A stretch of 61,530 nucleotides of DNA from Rikenellaceae bacterium (GCA_900769735.1 CAAGHY010000062.1:1-61530); one strand, 5' to 3'; shown: positions 47,680-58,383, counted from the first letter of the stretch. Notes: a model not told the origin generated them from the sequence alone. Translations and numbers: made by a program.

Positions 47680-49794
47680 ATGGCAAACATCCTTGATACA
47701 GATATCAAATTTCTCCCCGGCATAGGACCCAAAAGGGCTGAGCTTCTTGGTAAGGAGCTGGGAATTTTCACGTTCAGGGATATGCTGTACTTTTTTCCGT
47801 TCCGCTATATAGACCGCAGCAAAGTGTACACAATCCGCGAACTGCAACCCACTATGGCATACATTCAGGTAAGGGGTAAAATTGTATCCGCAGGTACCGC
47901 AGGAGACTCTCCGCGCAGCAAAAGGTTCACCGCCGTCCTGCAGGACCCAACCGGGCGCATAGAGCTGGTTTTCTTTAAGGGAATCAAATGGATTGAGGAA
48001 AAGATAAAGGTTGGGCAGGAATACATTGCCTTTGGCAAACCATCTGAGTTCAACGGAGTTATAAATATGGTGCACCCGGAACTGAATCTCCCTACAGATG
48101 AAATCCTTTATGGAGGCAGCACAATGATGGGGGTATATTCCAGCACGGAAAAAATCAGGAACAGCGGCATTGGGAACAAGCAGATTTCAAAATTCCAGCT
48201 CACCATTCTGGAAAAATATCTCTCTTCTATTCCCGACAGTTTGCCTTCCTACATTCTGCAGAAGAAAAAACTCTGCACCCTGCAGGAGGCATTGAAGAAT
48301 ATCCATTTTCCTACCGACAATTCCCTCCTTGCCCGGGCACAGCTCCGCCTTAAATATGAGGAACTGTTCTATCTGCAGCTTGGACTGCTAAAACAGAAAA
48401 GCATCCGTATGCGCAATGACGGGGGAATCCTTATGCCTAAAGTTGGCGAAGCCTTCAACAAATGCTACTCCTCCCTTCCCTACCCTCTTACCGGGGCCCA
48501 GAAAAGGGTTATAAAGGAGATGCACGCAGATATGAAGAGCGGCAAGCAGATGAACCGTCTGCTGCAGGGTGATGTTGGAAGCGGCAAAACCCTTGTGGCT
48601 GTGTTGTGCTCTCTGCTGGCAATGGACAACGGATACCAGGCCTGCATTATGGCCCCAACAGAGGTATTGGCCCAACAGCACTATAAAGGGATTTCAGAGT
48701 TGCTTGCCCCTACTGGGGTTTCAGTTGCACTCCTTACAGGCAGCACAAAAACAAAAGAGAGAAAGGAACTGTTGCCGGCACTGGCAGCAGGAGAAATAAA
48801 GGTTCTGGTAGGTACCCACGCCCTTATTGAGGAGACTGTAGCATTCAAGAATCTTGGACTGGCTGTAATTGATGAGCAGCACCGCTTTGGTGTTGAACAG
48901 CGCTCACGCCTGTGGGACAAATCACCGGTTCCGCCACACATTCTGGTAATGACCGCCACCCCTATCCCACGCACATTGGCAATGACCCTTTACGGGGATT
49001 TGGATGTATCTGTACTGGATGAGCTACCTCCGGGAAGGAAGCCTGTACAGACCCTTCACGCCACTGAAACCCAGCGTGGAAGAATCTTTGCCTTTATGAA
49101 AGAACAGATAAAGTCCGGAAGGCAGATTTTTGTAGTGTACCCGCTCATTAAGGAGAGTGAGAAGATGGACTACAAGAACCTTCAGGAGGGTTATGAGGCA
49201 ATTATCCAGGAGTTCCCGGCTCCGGAATATGTTACTGCGGTTGTACACGGAAAACAAAAGAATGAAGACAAACAGCACGATATGGATCTGTTTGCCAGTG
49301 GGCGTGCCCATATCCTTGTAGCCACCTCAGTAATTGAAGTGGGTGTAAATGTACCTAATGCTTCAGTTATGATAATTGAGAGCGCAGAACGCTTTGGTCT
49401 CAGCCAGCTGCACCAGCTGCGCGGCCGTGTGGGACGAGGCTCCGAGAAATCTTACTGTATCCTTATGACCGGTTACAAACTGAGCAAGGAGAGCCGCCAG
49501 AGAATTGAACTTATGTGCCAGACATCAGACGGCTTTGAACTGGCAGAGGCAGACTTGCGTATGCGTGGCCCAGGCGACCTTGAGGGAACCAGCCAGAGCG
49601 GCCTTGCAATGGACCTGCACATCTCCAACCTTGCAAAAGACTCACAGATTCTGGAAGATGCCCGCCAGCTTGCATTGTCTGTACTTGAGGCAGACCCTCT
49701 GCTTGAGCACCCTTCAAATGCGCTGCTCCGCACCCAGCTTGCCACCCTCAAAAAAGATGGAAAGGCTCCAACTGACTACTCTCAGATCAGTTAA
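47680..49794 (+). CDS. recG: ATP-dependent DNA helicase RecG
   Basis: Wedge domain plus the motifs GDVGSGKT, DEQHRFG and QLHQLRGRVGRG. Confidence 0.93.
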   Translation: MANILDTDIKFLPGIGPKRAELLGKELGIFTFRDMLYFFPFRYIDRSKVYTIRELQPTMAYIQVRGKIVSAGTAGDSPRSKRFTAVLQDPTGRIELVFFKGIKWIEEKIKVGQEYIAFGKPSEFNGVINMVHPELNLPTDEILYGGSTMMGVYSSTEKIRNSGIGNKQISKFQLTILEKYLSSIPDSLPSYILQKKKLCTLQEALKNIHFPTDNSLLARAQLRLKYEELFYLQLGLLKQKSIRMRNDGGILMPKVGEAFNKCYSSLPYPLTGAQKRVIKEMHADMKSGKQMNRLLQGDVGSGKTLVAVLCSLLAMDNGYQACIMAPTEVLAQQHYKGISELLAPTGVSVALLTGSTKTKERKELLPALAAGEIKVLVGTHALIEETVAFKNLGLAVIDEQHRFGVEQRSRLWDKSPVPPHILVMTATPIPRTLAMTLYGDLDVSVLDELPPGRKPVQTLHATETQRGRIFAFMKEQIKSGRQIFVVYPLIKESEKMDYKNLQEGYEAIIQEFPAPEYVTAVVHGKQKNEDKQHDMDLFASGRAHILVATSVIEVGVNVPNASVMIIESAERFGLSQLHQLRGRVGRGSEKSYCILMTGYKLSKESRQRIELMCQTSDGFELAEADLRMRGPGDLEGTSQSGLAMDLHISNLAKDSQILEDARQLALSVLEADPLLEHPSNALLRTQLATLKKDGKAPTDYSQIS

Positions 49795-49829
49795 AGCCTT
49801 ACTTTTCACCTTTTCTGTACACTTTCCGC

Positions 49830-50669
49830 TTACTGGAAACTTCTCAGTGTATCAAGTTCCTGAGCCCAAATATCCGGATCAGGCGTTTCAAGAATCAACG
49901 GAATACCATCAAAGCGCGGATCCTTCATTATCATCTGGAACGGCACCATTCCAAGAACTCCGTTACCAAGTGTACTATGACGGTCAACCTTGCTTGCAAG
50001 AGGTTTCATGGCATCATTAAGGTGCATACCTTTAAGATATTTGAAACCAATCACATTCTCAAAATGCTCAAACACCTGGGTAAAGCCAAGATCTGTAGAA
50101 AGGTCATAACCGGCAGCAAAACTGTGACAAGTATCAATACACACACCAACACGGCTCTTGTCCTCAACCTGCTCAATAATCTGGGCAATCTGCTCAAAAG
50201 TATAACCCAGATTACTACCCTGTCCGGCAGTATTCTCAATAACCGCAGTAACCCCTTTGGTCTTGTCCAAAGCCAGATTAATTGAATGGGCAATGGTAGC
50301 CAGACACTCATCCACTGAAATCTCTTTCAAATGGCTACCAGGATGAAAATTCAGGCGATCCAACCCAAGCTGCTCACAACGATGCATCTCATCAATGAAC
50401 GCCGCACGCGATTTCTGCAAACCCTCCTCACGCGGACTTCCCAAATTGATCAGATAACTGTCGTGAGGCAAAATCTGCGCAGCCGTATACCCGAACTTTG
50501 CACAATTATCCTTGAACAACCCTATCTCCTCATCAGTAAGCGGCTTAGCCACCCATTGCTTCTGATTCTTTGTAAACAGGGCAAACGCCGTTGCCCCAAT
50601 ATTGTGTGCATTAACCGGTGCATTCCAGACACCACCACTTGCACTAACGTGTGCTCCTATATATTTCAT
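49830..50669 (-). CDS. nfo: Endonuclease IV (deoxyribonuclease IV)
   Basis: [13 protein letters not shown]...HDSYLINL...NFHPGSH. Confidence 0.9.
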   Translation of the reverse strand: MKYIGAHVSASGGVWNAPVNAHNIGATAFALFTKNQKQWVAKPLTDEEIGLFKDNCAKFGYTAAQILPHDSYLINLGSPREEGLQKSRAAFIDEMHRCEQLGLDRLNFHPGSHLKEISVDECLATIAHSINLALDKTKGVTAVIENTAGQGSNLGYTFEQIAQIIEQVEDKSRVGVCIDTCHSFAAGYDLSTDLGFTQVFEHFENVIGFKYLKGMHLNDAMKPLASKVDRHSTLGNGVLGMVPFQMIMKDPRFDGIPLILETPDPDIWAQELDTLRSFQ

Positions 50670-50760
50670 AAATGTTTCTCCTATTTTTCTGCTAATTTAA
50701 ACATTTTACTTCACATTGCCACTACTCTAAATTAGTGATAAAGCAGCCTTACACAGAAAA

Positions 50761-50790
50761 AGGGGAGCATCCTTTTACAGGTGCTCCCCT
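50761..50790 (-). terminator. Terminator of glnS
   Basis: AGGGGAGCA pairs with TGCTCCCCT as a 9-bp stem. On the minus strand it is followed by TTTTCTGTGT. Confidence 0.6.
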
Positions 50791-50814
50791 TAATGATCTG
50801 TCGGGAAGAAGATA

Positions 50815-52485
50815 CTATTTCTTGAATGTATCTTTCAAACCGGTTGTTTTGTTGAATACAAATTTCTCTGGGGTTGAGTCCTGGTCTTTTACAAAGTAAC
50901 CAAGGCGCTCAAACTGAACTGCAATGCCGCTGTTGTCCTCAAGTAATGCAGGCTCTGCATAACCGGTAATGATATTCATTGAATCCGGATTCAAGTAATC
51001 CTTGTAGTCTGTACCCTCTGGAATTGCATCCATAAACGGCTCTGTGAACAGGCGGTCTACCAATCTTACCTCAACCTCTTTAGCCTCTGAGCAAGCTACC
51101 CAGTGAATAGTGCCTTTCACTGAACGCCACTCACCTGCACCTGGTTTTGAAGTAGGGTCGTATGTACAACGGATCTCAACAATGTTGCCATTCTCATCCT
51201 TAACAACCTCCTCACATTTGATGATGTAGGTGTATTTCATTCTAACCTCTCCACCCGGTTTCAAGCGGAAATATTTCTTAGGAGGCTCCTCCATAAAGTC
51301 GTCACGCTCAATGTAAAGCTCTTTTGCAAACTTCACTGTACGTTTTGGACCGTCAGGATCCGCAGGGTTAAGCGGTGCCTGGAACTCCTCAATCTTACCA
51401 TCCTCCCAGTTGGTGATAACAAGTTTCACAGGGTCAAGCACAGTCATATATCTGTTTGAACGTTTGTTCAAATCCTCCCTTACGCACCACTCAAGCAATG
51501 AAAGGTCAATTGTGTTGTCACGTTTTGCAACACCCACTTTCTCTGCAAACAGGCGGATACTCTCAGGGGTATAACCTCTTCTGCGGATACCGCAGATGGT
51601 TGGCATACGAGGGTCATCCCAACCACGTACGTAATTGTTCTTCACAAGCTCAAGAAGCTTACGCTTGCTCATTACAGTGTAAGTAAGGTTCAAGCGGGCA
51701 AACTCATACTGGTGAGAAGGGAAAATCTCAAGTTTCTCAATGAACCAGTCATACAAAGGACGGTGAACATCAAACTCAAGTGTACATATTGAGTGTGTGA
51801 TACCCTCAATTGAGTCACTCTGTCCGTGAGCATAGTCATACATAGGATAGATACACCATTTGTCACCTGTTCTATGATGGTGCGAATAGTTGATTCTGTA
51901 CATCAACGGATCACGGAACATCATATTAGGATGTGCCATATCAATCTTTGCACGCAACACTTTCTCTCCCTCTTTATATTTACCCTGTCGCATCTCCTCA
52001 AACAGTCTCAAGTTCTCCTCTACGCTACGGTCTCTGTAAGGGCTGTTGATACCCGGCTGGTTAACAGTACCGCGGGTTGCTCTGATCTCCTCCTGGCTCT
52101 GGTCATCAACATAAGCCAAACCTTTCTTGATCAGCTCCTGTGCCCACACATAAAGCTGCTCAAAATAATCAGATGCATAAAACTCATTGGCCCACTCAAA
52201 GCCCAACCATTTTACATCCTGCTTGATTGAATCAACATACTCAACATCCTCCTTTGTAGGGTTGGTATCATCAAAACGGATATTGGTTTTTCCGCCATAT
52301 TTCTTTGCCAAACCAAAGTTAAGGCAGATACTCTTTGCGTGACCTATATGCAAATAACCGTTTGGCTCCGGTGGAAAACGGGTAAGAATGCTCTCGTGCT
52401 TTCCGGTTGCCAAATCGTTCTCAACAATCTCTTCAATAAAGTTCAACTGACGCTCCTGCGCCACCTCGTTTTTAACTTCTTCCAT
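50815..52485 (-). CDS. glnS: Glutamine--tRNA ligase
   Basis: Contains HIGH (GYLHIGHAK) and the KMSKS-like VMSKR. The start was set at MEEVKNE because a -7 box lies inside the longer ORF-track version. Confidence 0.93.
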   Translation of the reverse strand: MEEVKNEVAQERQLNFIEEIVENDLATGKHESILTRFPPEPNGYLHIGHAKSICLNFGLAKKYGGKTNIRFDDTNPTKEDVEYVDSIKQDVKWLGFEWANEFYASDYFEQLYVWAQELIKKGLAYVDDQSQEEIRATRGTVNQPGINSPYRDRSVEENLRLFEEMRQGKYKEGEKVLRAKIDMAHPNMMFRDPLMYRINYSHHHRTGDKWCIYPMYDYAHGQSDSIEGITHSICTLEFDVHRPLYDWFIEKLEIFPSHQYEFARLNLTYTVMSKRKLLELVKNNYVRGWDDPRMPTICGIRRRGYTPESIRLFAEKVGVAKRDNTIDLSLLEWCVREDLNKRSNRYMTVLDPVKLVITNWEDGKIEEFQAPLNPADPDGPKRTVKFAKELYIERDDFMEEPPKKYFRLKPGGEVRMKYTYIIKCEEVVKDENGNIVEIRCTYDPTSKPGAGEWRSVKGTIHWVACSEAKEVEVRLVDRLFTEPFMDAIPEGTDYKDYLNPDSMNIITGYAEPALLEDNSGIAVQFERLGYFVKDQDSTPEKFVFNKTTGLKDTFKK

Positions 52486-52504
52486 AGTAGTAAAAATTAA
52501 CAAG

Positions 52505-52512
52505 CAAATATA
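52505..52512 (-). promoter_or_regulatory. -7 box TATATTTG for glnS
   Basis: A TAnnTTTG match on the minus strand lies 20 nt upstream of the ATG at 52485. Confidence 0.45.
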
Positions 52513-52524
52513 GTAAAATATCCG

Positions 52525-52532
52525 TACATTTG
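52525..52532 (+). promoter_or_regulatory. -7 box TACATTTG for yicC
   Basis: A TAnnTTTG match lies 18 nt upstream of the ATG at 52550. Confidence 0.45.
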
Positions 52533-52549
52533 CAGAAAATAACACAACA

Positions 52550-53434
52550 ATGGTAAGATCAATGACAGGCTACGGAAAGGCAGAATGTGTTCTTCCCGAC
52601 AGCAAAATAACTATAGAAATCCGTTCCCTTAACGGCAAAAATGCAGACATCAGCATAAAGAGCTCCCTTATCCCAAGAGAAAAGGAGATGGGAATCAGAC
52701 AATATATTGCAAAAGAGCTGCAGAGAGGCAACATAGACCTTTTTGCAACCTTTGAGCAGAATGCAGCCACCCAGGCAAAACAGATAAATATGGAACTTGC
52801 CAAGGATTACTACAGACAAATCTCAGCTCTTGGCAACGAAGTTGGAGCCTGTGCACTGCAGAGCCAGAATCCCAATGACCTTCTTGCAATGATCCTTAGG
52901 ATGCCTGATGTGGTGGAGACCAAGAAACAGGAGATGACAGACGAAACCTGGGCTCCCCTTGAAGAAGCAATCCACAACGCAGTGGCAGCCCTTAATGATT
53001 TCCGTGCACAGGAGGGTGAGATACTTTACAAAGATGTAACTTCACGCGTGGCACTTATAGAATCATACGTGGAAGAGGTGGAGAAACACGAGCAGAGCCG
53101 CGTACAGGCCGTAAAAGACCGCATTAAGGCCCGCATAGATGAGTTGGGCATTAATCCCGACGAAAACCGCCTTGAGCAGGAAATTGTATTCTACGTTGAG
53201 AAACTTGACATCAACGAGGAGAAAGTACGTCTTCGCCAGCACTGCAAATACTTTATGGAAACCATCAACTCAGAGCCGTTCCCAGGCAAAAAACTTGGTT
53301 TCATAGCTCAGGAGATGGGCCGCGAGATAAACACAATGGGCTCAAAAGCCAACCACGCAGAAATCCAGAAATGGGTAGTGAAAATGAAAGACGAACTTGA
53401 GAAAATCAAGGAACAGAGCTTGAATATCCTATAG
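52550..53434 (+). CDS. yicC: YicC-family stress-induced protein (endoribonuclease YicC)
   Basis: N-terminal SMTGYGKAE and the C-terminal motif QEMGREINTMGSKAN. Confidence 0.85.
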   Translation: MVRSMTGYGKAECVLPDSKITIEIRSLNGKNADISIKSSLIPREKEMGIRQYIAKELQRGNIDLFATFEQNAATQAKQINMELAKDYYRQISALGNEVGACALQSQNPNDLLAMILRMPDVVETKKQEMTDETWAPLEEAIHNAVAALNDFRAQEGEILYKDVTSRVALIESYVEEVEKHEQSRVQAVKDRIKARIDELGINPDENRLEQEIVFYVEKLDINEEKVRLRQHCKYFMETINSEPFPGKKLGFIAQEMGREINTMGSKANHAEIQKWVVKMKDELEKIKEQSLNIL

Positions 53435-53468
53435 AAGAAAAGAGGCCTTGACGGGCCTCTTTTCTTCT
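53433..53468. terminator. Bidirectional terminator between convergent genes
   Basis: A perfect 15-bp stem pairs AGAAGAAAAGAGGCC with GGCCTCTTTTCTTCT around a 6-nt loop. Confidence 0.7.
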
Positions 53469-53474
53469 ATTACA

Positions 53475-55040
53475 TTATAAATCATATCCCAGATCAACAG
53501 TTTTCTTCTCTCCTTCAACAAATTTGAAAAGTATAGGGTCATAAAACTCCTTGCTGTAGTTATCCTGTACACTAATTACATACTCACCCTGCTTCATCCC
53601 CTCCACTTCACAACTGATCTCCATTGGACAAGTTCCGCAATAAGCATAACCTCTTGTATTCACCTCTTCCAATATGATTGTATTACCCTCTCTCCAAACT
53701 ACGAACTTGATCCTTGCCCCACAGTTGAATTCTCCTTTCCTGTATACCAGCAACTTACCGTCCTTTGCTTCCAATGTAATGGTATTGGCAACCTTGGATG
53801 CCCACGCCTTTGTAGAGTCCTTACCCAGGCATTCTGAAGTTTTCTGATTTGAAACATTCATCGTATTGTTTTCATACTTGTTGTTTGACAAGTAATACTC
53901 CCTGAACTCTTTATTATGGATATCATCAGTATATTCAAAATTTGAGGACGGATTATAAGTCATAACTTTTGATGTAAATATTCCAACGCCACCATTAATG
54001 TTGGAACATTCCTTGTTTTCAAAAACGTACGACTGATTATACTGCACATCAGGGAATCCCGGCATATTTTTAAAATAGTCAACATATAAACCCGTCAATT
54101 GCACAAAACTCAATTTCAAGGAATATGTCTGGCAATAATCCTGTCCGAATGCAGCTATTGCCCCCTGGGACATATCCCTCAAAGGCACCTTTGTTGATTC
54201 CGGAAATGGTGCAGCAAATGGACCTGCTGTTACAATAAAGCCATCATCCCACCTCTGGCCACCATCTTCCTCATACAAATAATTGGTACCCAACAATCTG
54301 TTTGGATTGAACTGATGAGGGTTCCTGATCAGCAGATAATCCCTGTAAAAAGACAAAGCAATTGACTCATCGCCCTCCGGATATGAAAATGCATTGCTCT
54401 GATACGCCGCCAGGCCTGATTCTATACACTTCAAATCCACTTTAGTTATGGGATCCGCACCGGTATGGTTCGTTGCCCAATACTTTAGAGAATCTGAAGA
54501 ACGCCCTCCGTAATAAATTGGATTCCCCTTAATGAGAATATAGTAATCCTCATTTACATTATTTGCAGAGACCACAAATCCAGGATACATTACATTATCC
54601 AACGGACCGTACCAGGGATAATATGAAGTAATGGCATTGCTGGTTTGAATCTTTACCTGATCAGGTATACTCATTGAAGAAGTTATCTCTTCTCCTTCCG
54701 GTGTAACTACACTCAATGAGTATTTCTGCCCCAACCTTGGTTGAAAATCCGCACTGTAAACACCAGGCACTGATGTCTCTTCAAAATCATAAACTTTACC
54801 TTCCGAAGCAATTTGCACCTTGGCACCTAAAACAGATGTATAAATTTGGGATTCCCCAGGCAAAGGCAACCGCTTGAGCACAACTTGCTGATTATATATC
54901 CTACCGGGTTCCAGGACACAATAAACTCCCACTTCCCCTTGCTGCTTCAGCTCCTGTGGAGCATCATTCTTGTCACATCCGCAAACAATCAGGATAACAA
55001 GGATTGGAAAAACACATAGAAAAAATCTCATAGTCTTCAT
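53475..55040 (-). CDS. Lipoprotein with a DUF4249-like N-terminal beta-sandwich and a Cys-containing C-terminal domain
   Basis: Lipobox IVCGC. The N-terminal region GAKVQIASEGKVYDFEETSVPGVYSADF is DUF4249-like (by eye). 521 aa. Confidence 0.65.
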   Translation of the reverse strand: MKTMRFFLCVFPILVILIVCGCDKNDAPQELKQQGEVGVYCVLEPGRIYNQQVVLKRLPLPGESQIYTSVLGAKVQIASEGKVYDFEETSVPGVYSADFQPRLGQKYSLSVVTPEGEEITSSMSIPDQVKIQTSNAITSYYPWYGPLDNVMYPGFVVSANNVNEDYYILIKGNPIYYGGRSSDSLKYWATNHTGADPITKVDLKCIESGLAAYQSNAFSYPEGDESIALSFYRDYLLIRNPHQFNPNRLLGTNYLYEEDGGQRWDDGFIVTAGPFAAPFPESTKVPLRDMSQGAIAAFGQDYCQTYSLKLSFVQLTGLYVDYFKNMPGFPDVQYNQSYVFENKECSNINGGVGIFTSKVMTYNPSSNFEYTDDIHNKEFREYYLSNNKYENNTMNVSNQKTSECLGKDSTKAWASKVANTITLEAKDGKLLVYRKGEFNCGARIKFVVWREGNTIILEEVNTRGYAYCGTCPMEISCEVEGMKQGEYVISVQDNYSKEFYDPILFKFVEGEKKTVDLGYDL

Positions 55041-55077
55041 AGGCTTATCAATTTTTAGAATGGTTATACACTTACGC

Positions 55078-55085
55078 CAAATATA
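55078..55085 (-). promoter_or_regulatory. -7 box TATATTTG for the 521-aa lipoprotein gene
   Basis: A TAnnTTTG match on the minus strand lies 38 nt upstream of the ATG at 55040. Confidence 0.45.
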
Positions 55086-55128
55086 AAAAAAAGAGTGACA
55101 AAATCAATCATTTGCCACTCTTTTTTTT
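55085..55128 (-). terminator. Terminator overlapping the stop codon of the upstream lipoprotein gene
   Basis: A8-GAGTG...CACTC-T8 spans the TGA at 55108-55110. Confidence 0.55.
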
Positions 55129-56031
55129 CAAATATGAAACAAGTCCCACGTTTTCAGTGAACCTGTATTTCTTTACAGAAAAATCTGCCCATTCCCGTGC
55201 AAGGGCAAACTGGGCCATCATCTCACACCCTACAGCTATATTGTAAGATGCATATGCGGCAATTCTGGAGTTGCGGCTTGTGGTAAGGGGCATCCATTGG
55301 GCTATTGCCTCTTTCCATTTGAAGTCCATTGCCAGGGCAAGAGGCTCTTCCCATTCATAATTGTCGGGAAAATTGACAAGCATCCTCTGCTCCCTTTCCC
55401 ATTGGCGGGTAAGCTTGCTTCCAAGGGTCTCTCCCACCACACTTGCAACCTCAGGCAACTTGCTTGCCACAAAGCCGTTGAATTCCTTTTTGTTGGAACT
55501 TGCAAGCACCTTAATGTACACTGTGTCCTTGTGGTAGGTCTGGAATGTTACCTTCTCTTCAATGGCATCATATACGTGCATATCCACAGTGTACGGCAAG
55601 GAAACTATATTCTCCCTGTAGTCTGCTGAATATTGCACATCAGATTCTACCTGGAACATTCCAAAGCGGAGGTTGTTCACAAACAGCTGCAAGTCTGCAC
55701 CTGTCTGGAGCATCAGCTCCTTGAGATACGCTTTGTCAAACTCTGAGCCGTTTCCAAATCCGGCAAAGTCATACAATGGAATTGAATAAACAGGAAGAGG
55801 GTTTTCAAGCCCTCTGTCCTGTTGAAGTTTTTCTGCCAGAGCCATTGCGGCATTGCCAACTCTTATGCTGTCCGCTGTGCTGGTAGAAGTTAGGGAGTAC
55901 ACAGCAATCTGCTTGTCCTTAACATCAATATCAACACTGCGCATATCCCGCACATCCACCTGAAAGAAGGCAGCCTGAGGGGCGCAACTGCAAAGCAGCA
56001 AAGCAAAAACGGCCGGCAGCAAGTATCTCAT
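55108..56031 (-). CDS. Hypothetical lipoprotein (DUF6340-like) downstream of glmM
   Basis: The start was set at MRYLLPAVFALLLCSC, which carries the lipobox. The ORF-track start at 56070 would overlap the glmM end. Confidence 0.6.
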   Translation of the reverse strand: MRYLLPAVFALLLCSCAPQAAFFQVDVRDMRSVDIDVKDKQIAVYSLTSTSTADSIRVGNAAMALAEKLQQDRGLENPLPVYSIPLYDFAGFGNGSEFDKAYLKELMLQTGADLQLFVNNLRFGMFQVESDVQYSADYRENIVSLPYTVDMHVYDAIEEKVTFQTYHKDTVYIKVLASSNKKEFNGFVASKLPEVASVVGETLGSKLTRQWEREQRMLVNFPDNYEWEEPLALAMDFKWKEAIAQWMPLTTSRNSRIAAYASYNIAVGCEMMAQFALAREWADFSVKKYRFTENVGLVSYLKKKSGK

Positions 56032-56041
56032 AAAATGAGTT

Positions 56042-57430
56042 TTATAGTCCACAAATCTCTTTAATCTCACCTACAATCTTCTGAGCCAATGCATTTGCAC
56101 TCTCCTCATCCTTGCTCTCACTGTAGATACGGATAATAGGCTCTGTATTTGATTTGCGCAAGTGTACCCATTCTGTAGGGAAATCAATCTTAACGCCGTC
56201 AATGTCAGTTACCTTCTCAGAAGAGTATTTCTCCTTCATCTTAACAAGAACGTCATCCACGTTAATGTCCGGTGTAAGCTCAATCTTGTTCTTTGAGATG
56301 AAGTAGTTAGGATACTGGGCTCTCAACTCGCTAACCTTGCACTGTTTTTTAGCCAGATGGGTAAGGAACAATGCAACACCAACAAGGGCATCACGTCCGT
56401 AGTGAAGCTCAGGGTAAATTACACCTCCGTTACCCTCACCGCCAATAACGGCATTGGTAGCTTTCATAAGGGTAGTAACGTTAACCTCACCTACTGCAGA
56501 AGCGTTGTACTGCATACCGTGTTTCTCTGTAATATCTCTCAAAGCTCTTGAAGAACTCAAGTTTGAAACAGTGTTGCCTGGAGTGTTTGAAAGCACATAA
56601 TCAGCAATTGCAACCAAAGTGTACTCCTCACCAAACAACTCACCTGTCTCACTTACAAGGGCAAGACGGTCTACATCAGGGTCTACAATAACACCAAGAT
56701 CTGCACCGCTCTCTTTAACAACCTTGCAGATCTCTGTAAGGTTTTCTGGAACAGGCTCAGGATTATGTGAGAAATTACCTGTAGGCTCACAGTAAAGTTT
56801 TACAACCTCACAACCCAATTTCTCCAAAAGTGCAGGGATAACAACACCTCCAACTGAGTTTACAGCATCAACTGCAACCTTGAAGTTCTGTTTCTTCACA
56901 AGCTCAACATCAACCAATGGCAATGCAAGAACTGCATCAATATGCTCTACATCGTATGGTTCACGGCTCAGCACTTTACCAAGCTCATCAACCTCAACAA
57001 AGTTGAACTCCTCTTTTACAGCATACTCAAGAATCATTGCACCCTCAGCAGCATTAAGGAACTCACCTTTCTCATTAAGAAGCTTAAGGGCATTCCACTG
57101 TTTTGGGTTATGGCTTGCTGTAAGGATAATACCGCCATCAGCTTTTCTTGCAACCACAGCCATCTCAACACCAGGAGTGGTACACAAACCAACATTAATG
57201 ACATTTACACCGCATCCCAGCAATGTTCCCTCCACAAGATCGTTTACCATTTCTCCCGACAATCTTGCGTCTCTTCCCAACACAACAGTAAGCTTGCGTC
57301 CAGGATTCTTTCCTACAAGCCATTTGGCATACGAAGCAGTAAATTTCACTGCATCAAGCGGGGTAAGGTTATCACCAATAGCACCACCAATTGTACCCCT
57401 GATTCCAGAAATTGATTTAATGAGTGTCAT
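56042..57430 (-). CDS. glmM: Phosphoglucosamine mutase (phosphohexomutase family)
   Basis: SISGIRG at the N-terminus, the active-site motif TASHNP and DPDVDR. 462 aa. Confidence 0.85.
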   Translation of the reverse strand: MTLIKSISGIRGTIGGAIGDNLTPLDAVKFTASYAKWLVGKNPGRKLTVVLGRDARLSGEMVNDLVEGTLLGCGVNVINVGLCTTPGVEMAVVARKADGGIILTASHNPKQWNALKLLNEKGEFLNAAEGAMILEYAVKEEFNFVEVDELGKVLSREPYDVEHIDAVLALPLVDVELVKKQNFKVAVDAVNSVGGVVIPALLEKLGCEVVKLYCEPTGNFSHNPEPVPENLTEICKVVKESGADLGVIVDPDVDRLALVSETGELFGEEYTLVAIADYVLSNTPGNTVSNLSSSRALRDITEKHGMQYNASAVGEVNVTTLMKATNAVIGGEGNGGVIYPELHYGRDALVGVALFLTHLAKKQCKVSELRAQYPNYFISKNKIELTPDINVDDVLVKMKEKYSSEKVTDIDGVKIDFPTEWVHLRKSNTEPIIRIYSESKDEESANALAQKIVGEIKEICGL

Positions 57431-57451
57431 ATCTCGTATCTAAAATTTTAT

Positions 57452-57487
57452 ATTTCTTCTACGTATTATATCTCTTCTACGTATTAT
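57452..57487. repeat. Tandem 18-nt repeat (ATTTCTTCTACGTATTAT / ATCTCTTCTACGTATTAT), 22 nt upstream of the glmM start
   Basis: Two adjacent copies match at 17 of 18 positions. Each contains the palindrome TACGTA. Confidence 0.6.
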
Positions 57488-57608
57488 TTTGATGATTTAA
57501 ATGAGAAAGTTCAAGGCATGCACAGTTTTGAGCTCCGGAGTTTACTGGAGTAAATGAGGATGCGAAAAACAAGCATAACGCAGAAATTTCTCAGTTAAAT
57601 TATCAAAA

Positions 57609-58355
57609 TTACATTTGCATGCCGCCGCAGACAGATATAACCTGTCCTGTAACATAGCTGCTCATATCACTTGCAAGGAAAGTTGCAACGTTTGCAATAT
57701 CCTCTGGAGTACCGCCACGGCGTAGAGGAATTTTTGCATTCCAGCTCTCTCTAACCTCCTGTGGAAGCTGTGCGGTCATCTCAGTGATGATGAAACCCGG
57801 TGCAATTGCATTTGCCCTTACACCTCTTGAACCCAACTCCTGTGCAATTGATTTTGCAAGACCTATCATACCTGCTTTGGAAGCTGAATAGTTGCACTGT
57901 CCTGCATTACCGTGAACACCTACAACTGAGCTCATATTGATGATTGAACCGCTTCTCTGACGCATCATAACAGGAGTTACAGCGTGTACAAAGTTGAAAG
58001 CTGATTTAAGGTTAACTGCAATTACAGCATCCCACTGAGCCTCAGACATTCTCATCATAAGACCGTCTTTGGTGATACCAGCGTTGTTCACTAGGATATC
58101 AAGTCTGCCAAACTCTTTAACCACCTGCTCAACAGCAGCGTGAGCCTCATCAAAGTTTGCAGCGTTTGAAGCAATGGCCAATACTTTAACGCCGTATGCC
58201 TCTATCTCTTTTTTAGTGTTCTCTCCGTTCTCGTCAATTACAAGGTCGGTAAAAGCAACGTTTGCGCCCTCCTGAGCATATTTCAAAGCAATGGCTTTAC
58301 CAATTCCTCTTGCTGCACCTGTTACAAGGGCAACTTTTCCCTCCAATAGTTTCAT
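57609..58355 (-). CDS. fabG: 3-oxoacyl-[ACP] reductase
   Basis: SDR motifs TGAARGIG, NNAG and YSASK. 248 aa. Confidence 0.9.
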   Translation of the reverse strand: MKLLEGKVALVTGAARGIGKAIALKYAQEGANVAFTDLVIDENGENTKKEIEAYGVKVLAIASNAANFDEAHAAVEQVVKEFGRLDILVNNAGITKDGLMMRMSEAQWDAVIAVNLKSAFNFVHAVTPVMMRQRSGSIINMSSVVGVHGNAGQCNYSASKAGMIGLAKSIAQELGSRGVRANAIAPGFIITEMTAQLPQEVRESWNAKIPLRRGGTPEDIANVATFLASDMSSYVTGQVISVCGGMQM

Positions 58356-58383
58356 AGTATAAGTGTTTTAAGGTTATTATCTT

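Noticed and set aside
57501-57557. 18-aa ORF (MRKFKACTVLSSGVYWSK) in the fabG-glmM spacer
   Set aside because: It is on the plus strand, opposite to all flanking transcription, and is too short with no supporting signals.
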